From contig CAWGHO010000002.1 in assembly GCA_963822445.1 (NCBI GenBank), positions 288,001 through 352,000 on the forward strand: DNA of 64,000 bases. The letters run 5' to 3'. The notes beneath the pieces were generated by a model that was given only the letters and a program-made list of their open reading frames with translations, was not told the origin of the DNA and searched no databases. Shown piece by piece: positions 45,531-56,004 of the stretch; position 1 is the stretch's first letter, and each line of letters opens with the position of its first letter. The stretch is from an uncultured Acidobacteriota bacterium (lineage in GTDB: Bacteria > Acidobacteriota > Thermoanaerobaculia > Gp7-AA8). A program made the position numbers and the translations under genes.

Positions 45531-47035
45531 AGATCCTCAACGCCGAGCAGATGCGCAACGTCGATCGCCGTACCACGGAGCGTTTCGGCGTTCCCTCGAT
45601 CGTGCTGATGGAGAACGCGGCCCTCGCCGTCGTCGACGCGATTTCCGATCACTACCCCGACGCCGACCGCGTGGCCATCATCTGCGGCCTGGGGCAGAAC
45701 GGCGGCGATGGATTCGCGGTCGCGCGGCATCTCGAGAATCGCGGCGTCGTGCCGGTCGTGCTCGTGATCGGCGATCGCGGCGGCATCAAAGGCGACGCGC
45801 TGACGAACTTCACCATCTGCGAGCGGCTGGGCATTCCGATCTACGACGTGCGCGAATCGAATGACGTCGAGACCGCGCTGGCGCATGCCGCCGATGCGGA
45901 TCTCCTTGTCGACGCGATTTTCGGCACGGGTCTGAATCGCGCGCCGTCAGGCGTGCATGCGGACGTGATCCGCGGCATCGCCGAGCTGCGCATCCCCGTC
46001 CTTGCGATCGATCTGCCGAGCGGCGCGAATGCATCGTCGGGCGAGCCGTTCGAGCCCTGTTTGCAGGCCGAGGTGACGGTGACGTTCGCGGCGCCGAAGC
46101 TTTGTCATGTGTTCGAGCCGGCCGCGCTGTACTGCGGCGAGGTGATCGTCGCGGACATCTCCATTCCCGAGATCGCGATTGACGACGAGGCGGTGACGCT
46201 CGCGCTGATCACGCCGAAAGACGTGCAGCCGCACGTCGCGCCGCGGCTCGCATCGACGCACAAGGGCACGTACGGCCATGTGGCGATGATCGCCGGCTCG
46301 CCCGGACGCAGCGGCGCGGCGGTGATGTCTGCGCGTGGTGCGATCCGCATGGGCGCGGGGCTGGTGACGGTGATGACGGATCGCGATACCGCGAACCTGG
46401 TGCACGCGGGCTCGGTCGAATCGATGACCTGGTCGGGTAACGATCTGTCCGAGTTCCTGAGCAACAAATCAGCGGTCCTGATCGGCCCCGGTCTGGCCGA
46501 TGACGAAGCGTCGTACGAGCAGGTTCGCGCGATCGTCGCCGCGACCGGCCTTCCCTCGATCATCGACGCCTCGGCGCTGAACGCCTTCGCCGGACGCGCG
46601 AATGAGCTCAACCCTCACGCCCTGCCGCGCGTGATCACGCCGCATCCCGGCGAGTTGGCTCGTCTGCTGAACAGCGACACGAAATCGATCGGCGCGGATC
46701 GCATCGCGGCCGCGCGCGAGACCGCGCGCATCAGCAACTGCGTGGTCGTGCTGAAAGGTCATCAATCGCTCGTCGCCGAGCCGGATGGTCATGTCTATGT
46801 GAATCCGACCGGCAACCCGGGCATGGCCGCCGGCGGAATGGGCGACGTGCTCGCGGGGATGATCGCTGCGCTGCTCGCGCGCGACACCGACCCGCTCGAC
46901 GCGGCCTGCGCCGCCGTTTACCTGCACGGCCTGGCGGGTGACATTCTCAAAGATGAATTCGGGGACACGGGACTCGCGGCGATGGACCTCGCCGAGCGGA
47001 TTCCGATGGCCATTCAGAAGGTGCGCGGCGCGTGA
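45527..47035 (+). CDS. nnr: Bifunctional NAD(P)H-hydrate epimerase/dehydratase
   Basis: LMENA, GQNGGDG, DAIFGTG, HKGTYG, TPHPGE, GMGDVLAG. Confidence 0.95.
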   Translation: MKILNAEQMRNVDRRTTERFGVPSIVLMENAALAVVDAISDHYPDADRVAIICGLGQNGGDGFAVARHLENRGVVPVVLVIGDRGGIKGDALTNFTICERLGIPIYDVRESNDVETALAHAADADLLVDAIFGTGLNRAPSGVHADVIRGIAELRIPVLAIDLPSGANASSGEPFEPCLQAEVTVTFAAPKLCHVFEPAALYCGEVIVADISIPEIAIDDEAVTLALITPKDVQPHVAPRLASTHKGTYGHVAMIAGSPGRSGAAVMSARGAIRMGAGLVTVMTDRDTANLVHAGSVESMTWSGNDLSEFLSNKSAVLIGPGLADDEASYEQVRAIVAATGLPSIIDASALNAFAGRANELNPHALPRVITPHPGELARLLNSDTKSIGADRIAAARETARISNCVVVLKGHQSLVAEPDGHVYVNPTGNPGMAAGGMGDVLAGMIAALLARDTDPLDAACAAVYLHGLAGDILKDEFGDTGLAAMDLAERIPMAIQKVRGA

Positions 47036-47457
47036 AGTTCGTCGCCATGACCGAAGCCGAATCCGCAGCCGCGGGCCGCGAGATCGCCCGCGCCCTCCCA
47101 CCCAACGCCGTCGTCCATCTCGTCGGCGATCTCGGCGCGGGCAAGACCTTTCTCGCGCGGGCCATCGCCGCAGAGCTGGGCGCCGATCCGCTCGAGGTCG
47201 CGTCGCCGACGTTCGCCATCGTTCACGAGTATCCGCGCCACGGCGGACCGCCGATCATTCACATCGACGCCTACCGCCTCTCCGACAACCGCCGCGAATG
47301 GCTGGAGATCGGCATTCCGGAAATGCTCGCCGGACCGGGCGTGAAGCTCATCGAATGGCCGAAGCGTGCGTTCGAGGAGTTCGAGGACGCGCACGTCGAC
47401 GTCGAGATCCGCGTGCGGGACGACGGCGCGCGCGAGATCACTGTAACCCCCGTGTAG
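47032..47457 (+). CDS. tsaE: tRNA t6A biosynthesis ATPase
   Basis: GDLGAGKT, SPTF, HIDAYRL, IEW. Confidence 0.95.
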   Translation: MKFVAMTEAESAAAGREIARALPPNAVVHLVGDLGAGKTFLARAIAAELGADPLEVASPTFAIVHEYPRHGGPPIIHIDAYRLSDNRREWLEIGIPEMLAGPGVKLIEWPKRAFEEFEDAHVDVEIRVRDDGAREITVTPV

Positions 47458-48111
47458 TGTGGGCCTCTGGCCTACCTCTGTCTTTTTTCTACCCTCGTAT
47501 CCAAACGCCGCCACCCCAAATCTCCGAGGTAGCCTCGGTCGCATGTCGCACCGCACCATCACCACCTCCCGCCCCCTGGGCCTCCCCCACTGGCAAGTCA
47601 ACGAAGGCACATACTTCGTCACCTTCCGCCTGATCGATTCCCTTCCAACTGATCTAGCCCGCATCCGCGGCGGCAAACGAATCGAAAATGAGCTCGATCG
47701 CGGCCTCGGCTCAGCCCATCTCGCACGACAGGACATCGGCGATCTGGTCTTCAACGCGCTTCGGGTGTTCCACCGCGAGCGGTACGTCCTCCACAGCGCG
47801 TGCGTGATGCCCAATCACGTGCACGCCGTCTTTCGCACGGTGCCTGGCGTGAGGCTCCGCGACGTCATGCACTCCTGGAAAGGCTTCACCGCACATCGCG
47901 CGAATCAGATGCTGGGGCGGCAAGGTACGTTCTGGCAGCGCGAGTCGTACGACCGGTTGATTCGAGATGGGAGAGAGTTCGAGAGGGCCAATGACTATGT
48001 TCTAGCGAATCCGGAGAAGGCGGGATTGCGGGATTGGAAGTGGGTGGAGAGGTTCGATGGGGAGTTCGTCGTGAAGTATAAAGAGAGGTAGGCCGGAGGC
48101 CCACACTACAC
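47452..48111 (+). mobile_element. REP-flanked RAYT module (28-bp inverted repeats, 1 mismatch)
   Basis: 47452-47479 is the reverse complement of 48084-48111; arms contain GTAG followed by GCC-NGA-GGC. Confidence 0.85.
47543..48091 (+). CDS. REP-associated tyrosine transposase (HUH/Y1)
   Basis: YFVTFR, CVMPNHVH, SWKGFTA, FWQRESYD, YVLANPEKAG. Confidence 0.92.
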   Translation: MSHRTITTSRPLGLPHWQVNEGTYFVTFRLIDSLPTDLARIRGGKRIENELDRGLGSAHLARQDIGDLVFNALRVFHRERYVLHSACVMPNHVHAVFRTVPGVRLRDVMHSWKGFTAHRANQMLGRQGTFWQRESYDRLIRDGREFERANDYVLANPEKAGLRDWKWVERFDGEFVVKYKER

Positions 48112-48112
48112 C

Positions 48113-50383
48113 ATGCAGATCACCCCCCAGGTCGTCGCGTCGCACGGCATCACTCCCGACGAATACGAGCGCATCGAGCAGATTCTCGGGCGCGCGCCGA
48201 ATTACACCGAGCTGGGCATCTTCTCGGTCATGTGGTCCGAGCACTGCTCGTACAAGTCGTCGCGCGTGCACCTGCGCAAGTTCCCCACCTCCGGGCCGCG
48301 CGTGGTGCAGGGGCCGGGCGAAAACGCGGGGGTGATCGACATCGGCGACGGGTGGGTGGCGGCGTTCAAGATGGAGTCGCACAACCATCCCTCCTTCATC
48401 GAGCCGTATCAGGGCGCGGCCACCGGCGTCGGCGGGATCCTGCGGGACATCTTCACCATGGGCGCGCGGCCGATCGCCTGTCTTGACTCGCTACGATTCG
48501 GAGAGCTCGACGCGCCGCGCATGAAGTATCTCGTCGACGGCGTCGTGCGCGGCATCAGCGGCTACGGCAACTGCATCGGCATCCCCACCATTGGCGGCGA
48601 GACCTCGTTCCACTCGTCGTACAACGGCAACATCCTCGTCAACGTCTTCGCCCTCGGCGTCACCAAGGCGGAGAAGATCTTCAAAGGCACGGCCACCGGC
48701 GTCGGCAATCCGGTGATCTACGTCGGATCGAAAACCGGCCGCGACGGCATTCACGGCGCAACCATGGCCTCAGCCGAGTTCGACGAAGCCTCCGAAGAAA
48801 AGCGGCCAACCGTGCAGGTCGGCGATCCGTTCACGGAGAAGCTGCTTCTCGAGGCCTGCCTGGAGATCATGGACACCGACACGATCGTGGGCATCCAGGA
48901 CATGGGCGCCGCCGGCCTGACCTCTTCGTCATTCGAGATGGCCGGTCGCGCGGGCACGGGCATCCGCATGCATCTGGACCGCGTGCCGGTGCGAGAGAGC
49001 GGCATGACGCCGTACGAGATCATGCTCAGCGAGTCGCAGGAGCGGATGCTCATCGTGGCGAAAGCCGGGCGCGAACAGGAAGTGATCCGCACGTTCGAGA
49101 AATGGGACCTCAACGCGGCGGTCGTCGGCGAAGTCACGGACGACGGCTTCGTGAGATTGATGTGGAACGGCGAGGAAGTCGCGAAGATCCCCGTGGATCC
49201 GATTTCGACCGAGGCGCCGGTTTATGAGCGGCCGGTTTCGCGGGGGGAGTATGCGGATCGCGTCGCGCCGAAGCTCGAGCGCGAACAGAGCGCGGACGGC
49301 GATCAGACCGACACGCTGTTGCGCCTCATCGCCTCGCCGAATCTCTGTTCCAAGCATTGGATCTTCGGCCAGTACGACACCACCGTGCGCACGAACACCA
49401 TCGCCGGACCGGAGAAACGCGACGCGGCGGTCGTGCGCATCAAAGAGACCGGCCGTGCGCTGGCGATGACGTCGGATGTGAATCCCGTTTACTGCTACCT
49501 CGATCCGTACGAAGGCGGAAAGCAGGCAGTGGCCGAAGCGGCGCGCAACATCGCCGTCTCCGGGGCGCGTCCTGTGGCCATCACCGATTGCCTCAACTTC
49601 GGTTCACCCGAGCGCGCCGAGATCATGTGGCAATTCGCGGAGTGCATCCGCGGGATCAGCGACGCCTGCCGCGCGCTGGAGACGCCGGTGGTCTCCGGCA
49701 ACGTTTCGTTCTACAACGAGACCGAAGGCCGCGCCGTGTATCCGACGCCGACGGTGGGCATGGTCGGGATCATGGAGAGCGATCGCGATGGCTGCGGTCT
49801 CGCCTTCCCTGCCGCCGATCTCGACGTGATCCTCATCGGCGACACGCGCGACGAGCTGGGCGGCTCGGAATGGCAGCAGATGTTCGCGGCCAACGCGTTC
49901 GCCGCGCCGCCGCGCGTCGATCTCGATCGCGAGCGCGCGCTGGTCGAGTTACTGCTGGAGCTGCACGGCGCGACGGTTCTTCGCGCGGCGCACGACATTT
50001 CGAACGGCGGATTCGCGGTCGCGCTCGCAGAGATGTCGATGAACGGCATCGGCTGTCATGTCGACCTGGCCGGACACGCCGATGACGTCGATTCGACCGC
50101 ACTCCTGTTCAGCGAATCGCAGGCGCGGGTGATCGTGGCGACCAGTGACGCGGAACGAGTCCTGTCGCTCGCCTCGAATCGCGGCCTGAGTGCGGTGCAC
50201 ATCGGCCACACGTCGCACGGCACGTTTCTCATCGAGCGCAACGGCGTGCCGCTCGTGCGCGTGGCGGCGCAGGAGCTGGCCCGCGTCTGGCGCACCGCCT
50301 TCGCCCTCCTCCTCGGCGGCGACACCATCGAGGAAGTGCTGCGGGGCATGGGCGAGGAAGCCCTCGACGTCATGGCCCACTGA
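48113..50383 (+). CDS. purL: FGAM synthase subunit PurL (small type)
   Basis: [37 protein letters not shown]. Confidence 0.97.
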   Translation: MQITPQVVASHGITPDEYERIEQILGRAPNYTELGIFSVMWSEHCSYKSSRVHLRKFPTSGPRVVQGPGENAGVIDIGDGWVAAFKMESHNHPSFIEPYQGAATGVGGILRDIFTMGARPIACLDSLRFGELDAPRMKYLVDGVVRGISGYGNCIGIPTIGGETSFHSSYNGNILVNVFALGVTKAEKIFKGTATGVGNPVIYVGSKTGRDGIHGATMASAEFDEASEEKRPTVQVGDPFTEKLLLEACLEIMDTDTIVGIQDMGAAGLTSSSFEMAGRAGTGIRMHLDRVPVRESGMTPYEIMLSESQERMLIVAKAGREQEVIRTFEKWDLNAAVVGEVTDDGFVRLMWNGEEVAKIPVDPISTEAPVYERPVSRGEYADRVAPKLEREQSADGDQTDTLLRLIASPNLCSKHWIFGQYDTTVRTNTIAGPEKRDAAVVRIKETGRALAMTSDVNPVYCYLDPYEGGKQAVAEAARNIAVSGARPVAITDCLNFGSPERAEIMWQFAECIRGISDACRALETPVVSGNVSFYNETEGRAVYPTPTVGMVGIMESDRDGCGLAFPAADLDVILIGDTRDELGGSEWQQMFAANAFAAPPRVDLDRERALVELLLELHGATVLRAAHDISNGGFAVALAEMSMNGIGCHVDLAGHADDVDSTALLFSESQARVIVATSDAERVLSLASNRGLSAVHIGHTSHGTFLIERNGVPLVRVAAQELARVWRTAFALLLGGDTIEEVLRGMGEEALDVMAH

Positions 50384-50401
50384 CTGCTTTACGATGTTCC
50401 C

Positions 50402-50614
50402 ATGCTCAAGCTTGAAGACTCGACGGAAGCGCGCGTCGCACGCGTGACGTTCAACGAGACCATGCAGGCGGAGATCCTTTTCTCCGACGGGCGCGAGGTC
50501 GTCTGGACGGGACAGCTTGCCGTGGACTTGCGCACGGCGGTGCAGATGGCGGTGCGGCGCGGTTTCGAGCACAAGAAGCGCGGCAGCTCGGGACCGAACA
50601 CGTCGGCGAATTAG
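50402..50614 (+). CDS. Small hypothetical protein
   Basis: 70-aa ORF filling the gap, TACGAT-N6-ATG. Confidence 0.6.
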   Translation: MLKLEDSTEARVARVTFNETMQAEILFSDGREVVWTGQLAVDLRTAVQMAVRRGFEHKKRGSSGPNTSAN

Positions 50615-51607
50615 TTACTTTGCGAGCGCGATCGCGGCGATGTCGCGATTGAGGTCCTGGCGCCAGCGTTTCAGCAGGCTGTTCGACGACCAGACGATGA
50701 CCACGCGATCGTCGGGGTAGTTGACGACCTGAGTCGCGTACTGCGGCATGCCGCCACCCTTGTGAATCCGCCGGCGGCCGTCCGCATCGCGGTCGACATG
50801 CCACGCGTACCCCTCGGAGAAAGGATGTTCCTCGAACATCTTCTTCATGCGCGGATTGCTCTGCAGCGCGAGAAACCACGCGTAGATCTCGCCGACAGTT
50901 GCGATCATCCCGCCGGCACCGCGTGTGCCCCAGTTGCGAGGCGGCGGAACGTTCTCTGTCGCATCGGCGCCGGAGTAACCGCGAGCGAACCGCTTCCGTG
51001 GGATCGCGGTCTCGCCGCGAAAGTAGATCTCGCCAGGCCAGAGCTCGCGGACGAACGACTCGTAACTCTTGCTTGTGACTTTTTCAATGACCGCCGCCAG
51101 CACGCTGTAGCCGGCGTTCGTGTATCGATAGCTCGCTCCGGGTACCGACTCGGCGGGAACGCGCTTGACGTTGGCGATGAAGTCGTCGCGATCTGCGCCC
51201 ACGCCGAGATCCGTACCTTCCGGTACGAGCCCCGCCGAGTGATTGGCAAGGTGGTGGATGGTCGCGGTGGCTTTCGCGGGCGGGAACTCGCCGAGATGAC
51301 GCGAAAGAACGTCGCTGGTGCTCAACCGGCCGCGTGCTTCGAGCTCGAGGATCGCCGCAGCGGTAAACGTCTTTTCCAGAGACGCGACCTCGTACAGCGT
51401 GTTCGTGTCGTTGCGGATGCCGCGCTCGCGATCGGCCAACCCATAGCCGGCGTGATGAATGACGTGGCCGTCTTTCGCGACGAGCACCGTGCCGGAGAAG
51501 CCCTGCGCCTCGAAGCCGGTCAGGAGGGCGTGCAGTTTCGGATCGACGTTCGAGGTGGTCGCGCAGCCGGTCGCGAGGAACGCAGCGAGGATGAGGACGC
51601 GCGTCAC
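50615..51607 (-). CDS. Serine hydrolase lipoprotein (beta-lactamase family)
   Basis: Lipobox ATGC, ASLEK, YTN, HKG; GTG overlaps the fahA stop. Confidence 0.88.
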   Translation of the reverse strand: MTRVLILAAFLATGCATTSNVDPKLHALLTGFEAQGFSGTVLVAKDGHVIHHAGYGLADRERGIRNDTNTLYEVASLEKTFTAAAILELEARGRLSTSDVLSRHLGEFPPAKATATIHHLANHSAGLVPEGTDLGVGADRDDFIANVKRVPAESVPGASYRYTNAGYSVLAAVIEKVTSKSYESFVRELWPGEIYFRGETAIPRKRFARGYSGADATENVPPPRNWGTRGAGGMIATVGEIYAWFLALQSNPRMKKMFEEHPFSEGYAWHVDRDADGRRRIHKGGGMPQYATQVVNYPDDRVVIVWSSNSLLKRWRQDLNRDIAAIALAK

Positions 51608-52767
51608 GAAGCCACGACCACGCCGCGGCACTCGCCGAAACCGATGCGAGGCAACCCGTCGCGCTCGCAATAGCCGCGCAGAATCACTTCATCGCCGTCT
51701 TCGAGGAACTTGCGCGTCTCGCCGGTCGGCAACTCGACCGGTTCGCTGCCGCGCCAGCTCAGCTCGAGCAGCGATCCGCGCGATTCCTTCGAATCGCCGG
51801 AGATTGTGCCGCTGGCCAGCAGATCACCCGGCTGAAGGTTGCAGCCGTTCGAGGTGTGATGCGCGACGAGTTGCGCGACGGTCCAGTACATGTCGCGAAA
51901 GTTGCCGCGGCTTAGGCGCACGGGCTCGCTCATCGATTTCGTGCGCAGCCAGACCTCGACATTGATATCGAAGCCGACGTCGTCCTGCAGATATGGCATC
52001 GGCTCAGGATCGCCGTCGGCGCGCTTGAAGGCCGTCGTGCGATAGGGCTCGAGCGCGTCGAGCGTGACGATCCACGGCGAGATCGACGTTGCGAAGCTCT
52101 TGGCCAGGAAGGGGCCGAGGGGCTGGTACTCCCAGGTCTGGATGTCGCGGGCGGACCAGTCGTTGACGAGACAGAAGCCGAAGACGCGATCGAGCGCGTC
52201 GCTCGCCGCGACCGGCTCTCCGAGTTGATTTCCGCGGCCTATGAACATTCCGAGCTCCATCTCATAGTCGAGACGTCTGCTCGGCCCGAAAGTTGGCGGC
52301 GCGTTCGGATCGTCGCGCGTCTGCCCTCGCGGGCGCTTCACCGGCGTGCCGCTGACGACGATCGAGGAGGAGCGGCCGTGGTAGCCGATGGGAATCCATT
52401 TGTAGTTCGGCAGGAGCGGATTGTCGGGCCGGAACATCGAGCCGACGTTCGTGGCGTGATGGATGGACGCGTAGAAATCGGTGTAGTCCCCGATGCGCGC
52501 CGGAAGGAGCATCCGCGCGTCTTTCATCGGGAGGAGCTCCAGATTCCTGTCGAGTAGTTGCCGGATCTTCTTCTTGACCGCGACAGTCGCGTTCTTCGCC
52601 ATGAACGCGTTGAGCCGCGGCTCGAGCAGCGCCGGCTCGTCGATCAGTCCGTCGCGCACACATGCGTGAAGATCGAGGATGCGATCTTCGATGGCCGTGC
52701 AGATGTGCGGCTCGCCGTCGTGGTCGAAGACGCCGAAGGGAAGGTTTTCGATGGGGAAATCGGTCAC
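51604..52767 (-). CDS. fahA: Fumarylacetoacetase
   Basis: DFPIENLPFG, GDYTDFY, YHGRSSS, LDYEME, NDWSARDIQ. Confidence 0.96.
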   Translation of the reverse strand: MTDFPIENLPFGVFDHDGEPHICTAIEDRILDLHACVRDGLIDEPALLEPRLNAFMAKNATVAVKKKIRQLLDRNLELLPMKDARMLLPARIGDYTDFYASIHHATNVGSMFRPDNPLLPNYKWIPIGYHGRSSSIVVSGTPVKRPRGQTRDDPNAPPTFGPSRRLDYEMELGMFIGRGNQLGEPVAASDALDRVFGFCLVNDWSARDIQTWEYQPLGPFLAKSFATSISPWIVTLDALEPYRTTAFKRADGDPEPMPYLQDDVGFDINVEVWLRTKSMSEPVRLSRGNFRDMYWTVAQLVAHHTSNGCNLQPGDLLASGTISGDSKESRGSLLELSWRGSEPVELPTGETRKFLEDGDEVILRGYCERDGLPRIGFGECRGVVVAS

Positions 52768-53480
52768 AGCCACCCCAGCTCCTTCAGATCGTCGATCGGC
52801 TCTTCGAACGAGCACGACCCGAACGATGTCGCGAACTGCCGCGTCGCGCGTAACTCGGCGACGGTCACGCGCCGATCGCGCCAGCTCGCGCCTTCATCAT
52901 CAAAGCGAAAAGCGTTCGCCTCGGTCTCCCGAAGAATCGCCTCGGCGTCGTCCACCATCGCCGCCGCGAGAAAGACGTTGAGAAATCCGTGCATCGTCCC
53001 GACCGCGGCGTTGGGTTCGTACGTCAACGGACGCACGCATCGCAGCGGATGATGCAACCCGGCCGTGGCCTTGAACGCGACCCCCTCGGCCTTGCAGGCC
53101 CGAATGAACGTGGCCACGGTCAAGGGCGTCGGGAAGGCATCGTTGGTGATTCCGCCGGTACGGATCTTCGCGCGGAAACCGCGGCGCTTCAGCTCCGGCA
53201 GCATGGAGACGTCCGTAATCTCGACGAAAGCGCCCGGCGCCGCGTCCTCGATGTCGGCCCACTTCACTTCGTCGATGCTGAGGATGCTGAGCGGGAACGC
53301 CTTCGGGACTTCCTTCACCCGCTCCTTCTGCACGACGAATTTTCCGAGGGCCCAGGCGTACTCGCCGTCGCGATAGCGGGCGTAGTTGCGCACCGCGTCC
53401 TGCATCGTCAACGCCGCGGGCGGAAACAGGCCGGCGTAATCGATCAGCCCCTCGAGCAGAACGCGCAGCGACTTCGTCAT
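52764..53480 (-). CDS. Conserved hypothetical protein in the homogentisate operon
   Basis: [40 protein letters not shown]; start/stop overlaps on both sides. Confidence 0.85.
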   Translation of the reverse strand: MTKSLRVLLEGLIDYAGLFPPAALTMQDAVRNYARYRDGEYAWALGKFVVQKERVKEVPKAFPLSILSIDEVKWADIEDAAPGAFVEITDVSMLPELKRRGFRAKIRTGGITNDAFPTPLTVATFIRACKAEGVAFKATAGLHHPLRCVRPLTYEPNAAVGTMHGFLNVFLAAAMVDDAEAILRETEANAFRFDDEGASWRDRRVTVAELRATRQFATSFGSCSFEEPIDDLKELGWL

Positions 53481-54742
53481 TCGGGTTTGAAGTTCTTGCG
53501 AAGGCCCTTCCAGCACTGCCAGTAATCGCGTTGAAGCGCGGGCGTCTCCATCGCGAAACGGGTGGGCCGGATGATGAAGCGGGACTCGAACATGAACGCC
53601 AGCGTGTCGTCGAGGTAGCGCGGCTCGAGCTTCGCCTTCGTCGCCGCGTCGAACGTCGCCGCGTCCGGACCGTGACCGGACATGCAGTTGTGCAGGCTGC
53701 CGCCGCCGGGCGTGAAGCCCTCCGCTTTCGCGTCGTATGCGCCGGAGATCAGCCCCATGTACTCGTTCATCACGTTGCGATGGAAGTACGGCGGGCGGAA
53801 CGTGCCCTCCGCGACCATCCAGCGCGGCGGGAAGATCACGAAGTCGACGTTCGCCGTTCCCGCGATCTCGGACGGAGAGGTGAGCACGGTAAAGATCGAC
53901 GGGTCGGGATGATCGAAGGAGACCGTGTTGATGGCGTTGAACTTTGCGAGGTCGTATTTGTACGGCGCGTAGTTGCCGTGCCACGCCACGACGTCGAGCG
54001 GTGAGTGATCGATGCGCGCGGACCACAGGCGTCCGCCGAACTTCGAGACCAGCTCGAAGTCGCCGTCGAGGTCCTCATACGCGGCGACGGGCGTCAGGAA
54101 GTCGCGCGGATTGGCGAGACCGTTCGAGCCGATCGGTCCGAGGTCGGGGAGGCGGAGGAGGGCGCCGAAGTTTTCGCAGACGTAGCCACGCGCGTCCTCG
54201 CCCAGCAACTCGACGCGGAACTTCGTGCCGCGCGGGATCACCGCGATCTCGCCCGGTTTCAGATCGAGGATGCCGAGCTCCGTCCGCACGATCAGCGAGC
54301 CGCGCTCGGGAACGAGGAGCAGCTCGCCATCGGCATCGTAGAAGTAGCGGCTCTCCATCGAGCGATTCGCGCGATAGACGTGAATGCCGATGCCGTGATT
54401 CGCGAACGAATCGCCGTTGGCGGCGATGGCGGTCAGCGTGTCGACGAAATCGCCGTCCTCGATGGGCAGCGGGTCCCATCGCAACTGGTTCGGCGTGGTC
54501 GGAGCGGCTTCGAGATCCAGGAAACGGCTCGCGAACGGCGCGAAAGGCTCATGCATCGAGCTGGGGCGGATGCGATAGAGCCACGACCGCTTCTGCATCG
54601 CCCGCGGCACGGTGAACGCCGAGCCCGAAAACTGTTCGGCGTACAGGCCGTGCTTCACGCGCTGCGGCGAGTTCCCCCGCTCGGGCAGCGTGCCCGGCAG
54701 CGCTTCTGTGGCGAACTCGTTGCCGAATCCGGATTGATACAT
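53477..54742 (-). CDS. hmgA: Homogentisate 1,2-dioxygenase
   Basis: [37 protein letters not shown]. Confidence 0.97.
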   Translation of the reverse strand: MYQSGFGNEFATEALPGTLPERGNSPQRVKHGLYAEQFSGSAFTVPRAMQKRSWLYRIRPSSMHEPFAPFASRFLDLEAAPTTPNQLRWDPLPIEDGDFVDTLTAIAANGDSFANHGIGIHVYRANRSMESRYFYDADGELLLVPERGSLIVRTELGILDLKPGEIAVIPRGTKFRVELLGEDARGYVCENFGALLRLPDLGPIGSNGLANPRDFLTPVAAYEDLDGDFELVSKFGGRLWSARIDHSPLDVVAWHGNYAPYKYDLAKFNAINTVSFDHPDPSIFTVLTSPSEIAGTANVDFVIFPPRWMVAEGTFRPPYFHRNVMNEYMGLISGAYDAKAEGFTPGGGSLHNCMSGHGPDAATFDAATKAKLEPRYLDDTLAFMFESRFIIRPTRFAMETPALQRDYWQCWKGLRKNFKPE

Positions 54743-55878
54743 CAGAGGTTGCCGCGCAGGGCCTGTTCCCGCTCGATCGACTCGAACAACGCCTTGAAGT
54801 TGCCTTTGCCGAATCCGCGTGCGCCCTTGCGCTGGATGATCTCGAAGAAGACCGTCGGCCGGTCCTGCACGGGCTTGGTGAAGATCTGCAGGAGATAGCC
54901 GTTCTCGTCGCGGTCGACGAGGATGCCCAGCTCGCGAAGCTGTTTGATGTCTTCCTCGATCTCGCCGACGCGGCCCGGGAGCTCTTCGTAGTAGCTGTCG
55001 GGAACGGAAAGGAACTCCACGCCGTTCGCGCGGAGCTTGCCGACTGTCTCGATCACGTCTTTGCAGAGCAGCGCCACGTGCTGCACGCCCGGGCCGGTGT
55101 ACCAGTCGAGATACTCCTCGATCTGGCTCTTCTTCTTTCCGGCGGCCGGCTCGTTGATCGGGAACTTGACGACGTGTGAGTCGTCGCTCATCACGATCGA
55201 CATCAGCGCCGAGTACTCGGTGGAGATGTCTTTGTCGTCGAAGGTGATGTAGCGGGAGAAGCCCATGACCTTGCTGTACCAGTCGGCCCAGCGGTTCATC
55301 GCGCCCAGCTCGACGTTGCCGACGCAATGATCGATCGCGGCGATGCCGGTCGAATCGCCCGCAACTTCCGCCGCGGTGAATCCAGGCAGGAACGCGCCGT
55401 CGTAGTTTTTGTAGGAGATGAAGGAGTGGATGGTGTCGCCGTAGGTCTTGATGGCCGCGCGGCGGATCGCACCGCGATCGTCGCTCTCATCCCGCGGCTC
55501 GAACACCGGCTCCGCTCCCCGCTTCACCGCCTCGGCAAACGCGAAGTCGGCATCTTCGACGAGCAGCGCGATGTCGCGCACGCCGTCGCCGTGCCGCTTG
55601 ATGTGATCGCTCGCAAAGTGATCGCCGGTCAACGGCGTGGAGAGCACCCAGCGCACTTTGTTCTGCGCCAGCACGTACGACGCGAACTGCCGGTTGCCGG
55701 TCTCCAGCCCGCTGTACGCGACCTGCGAGAACCCGAAGGCCTTGCGGTAGAAAAACGAGGCCTGCTTGGCGTTCCCGACCCAGAACTCGACGTGATGAAT
55801 GCGCTTGAGCCTGAGCGGGTTCCCGCCCGAGGCCGCGACCTCGGCGAGGGTGGGTTGGGTGGGGGTGGTGACGGTCAT
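54742..55878 (-). CDS. hppD: 4-hydroxyphenylpyruvate dioxygenase
   Basis: [32 protein letters not shown]. Confidence 0.97.
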   Translation of the reverse strand: MTVTTPTQPTLAEVAASGGNPLRLKRIHHVEFWVGNAKQASFFYRKAFGFSQVAYSGLETGNRQFASYVLAQNKVRWVLSTPLTGDHFASDHIKRHGDGVRDIALLVEDADFAFAEAVKRGAEPVFEPRDESDDRGAIRRAAIKTYGDTIHSFISYKNYDGAFLPGFTAAEVAGDSTGIAAIDHCVGNVELGAMNRWADWYSKVMGFSRYITFDDKDISTEYSALMSIVMSDDSHVVKFPINEPAAGKKKSQIEEYLDWYTGPGVQHVALLCKDVIETVGKLRANGVEFLSVPDSYYEELPGRVGEIEEDIKQLRELGILVDRDENGYLLQIFTKPVQDRPTVFFEIIQRKGARGFGKGNFKALFESIEREQALRGNL

Positions 55879-56004
55879 GGGGGTTTGTTTATCACAGGTT
55901 GCACCGTGGTTTCGCCACAACACTGCAGTTATACTTCCGGCCATCCCGCAGAACTCACGGTCCTCCTCGCCGCACGTGCGCCGGGCCGGGCTTCTGCCTA
56001 TCCA

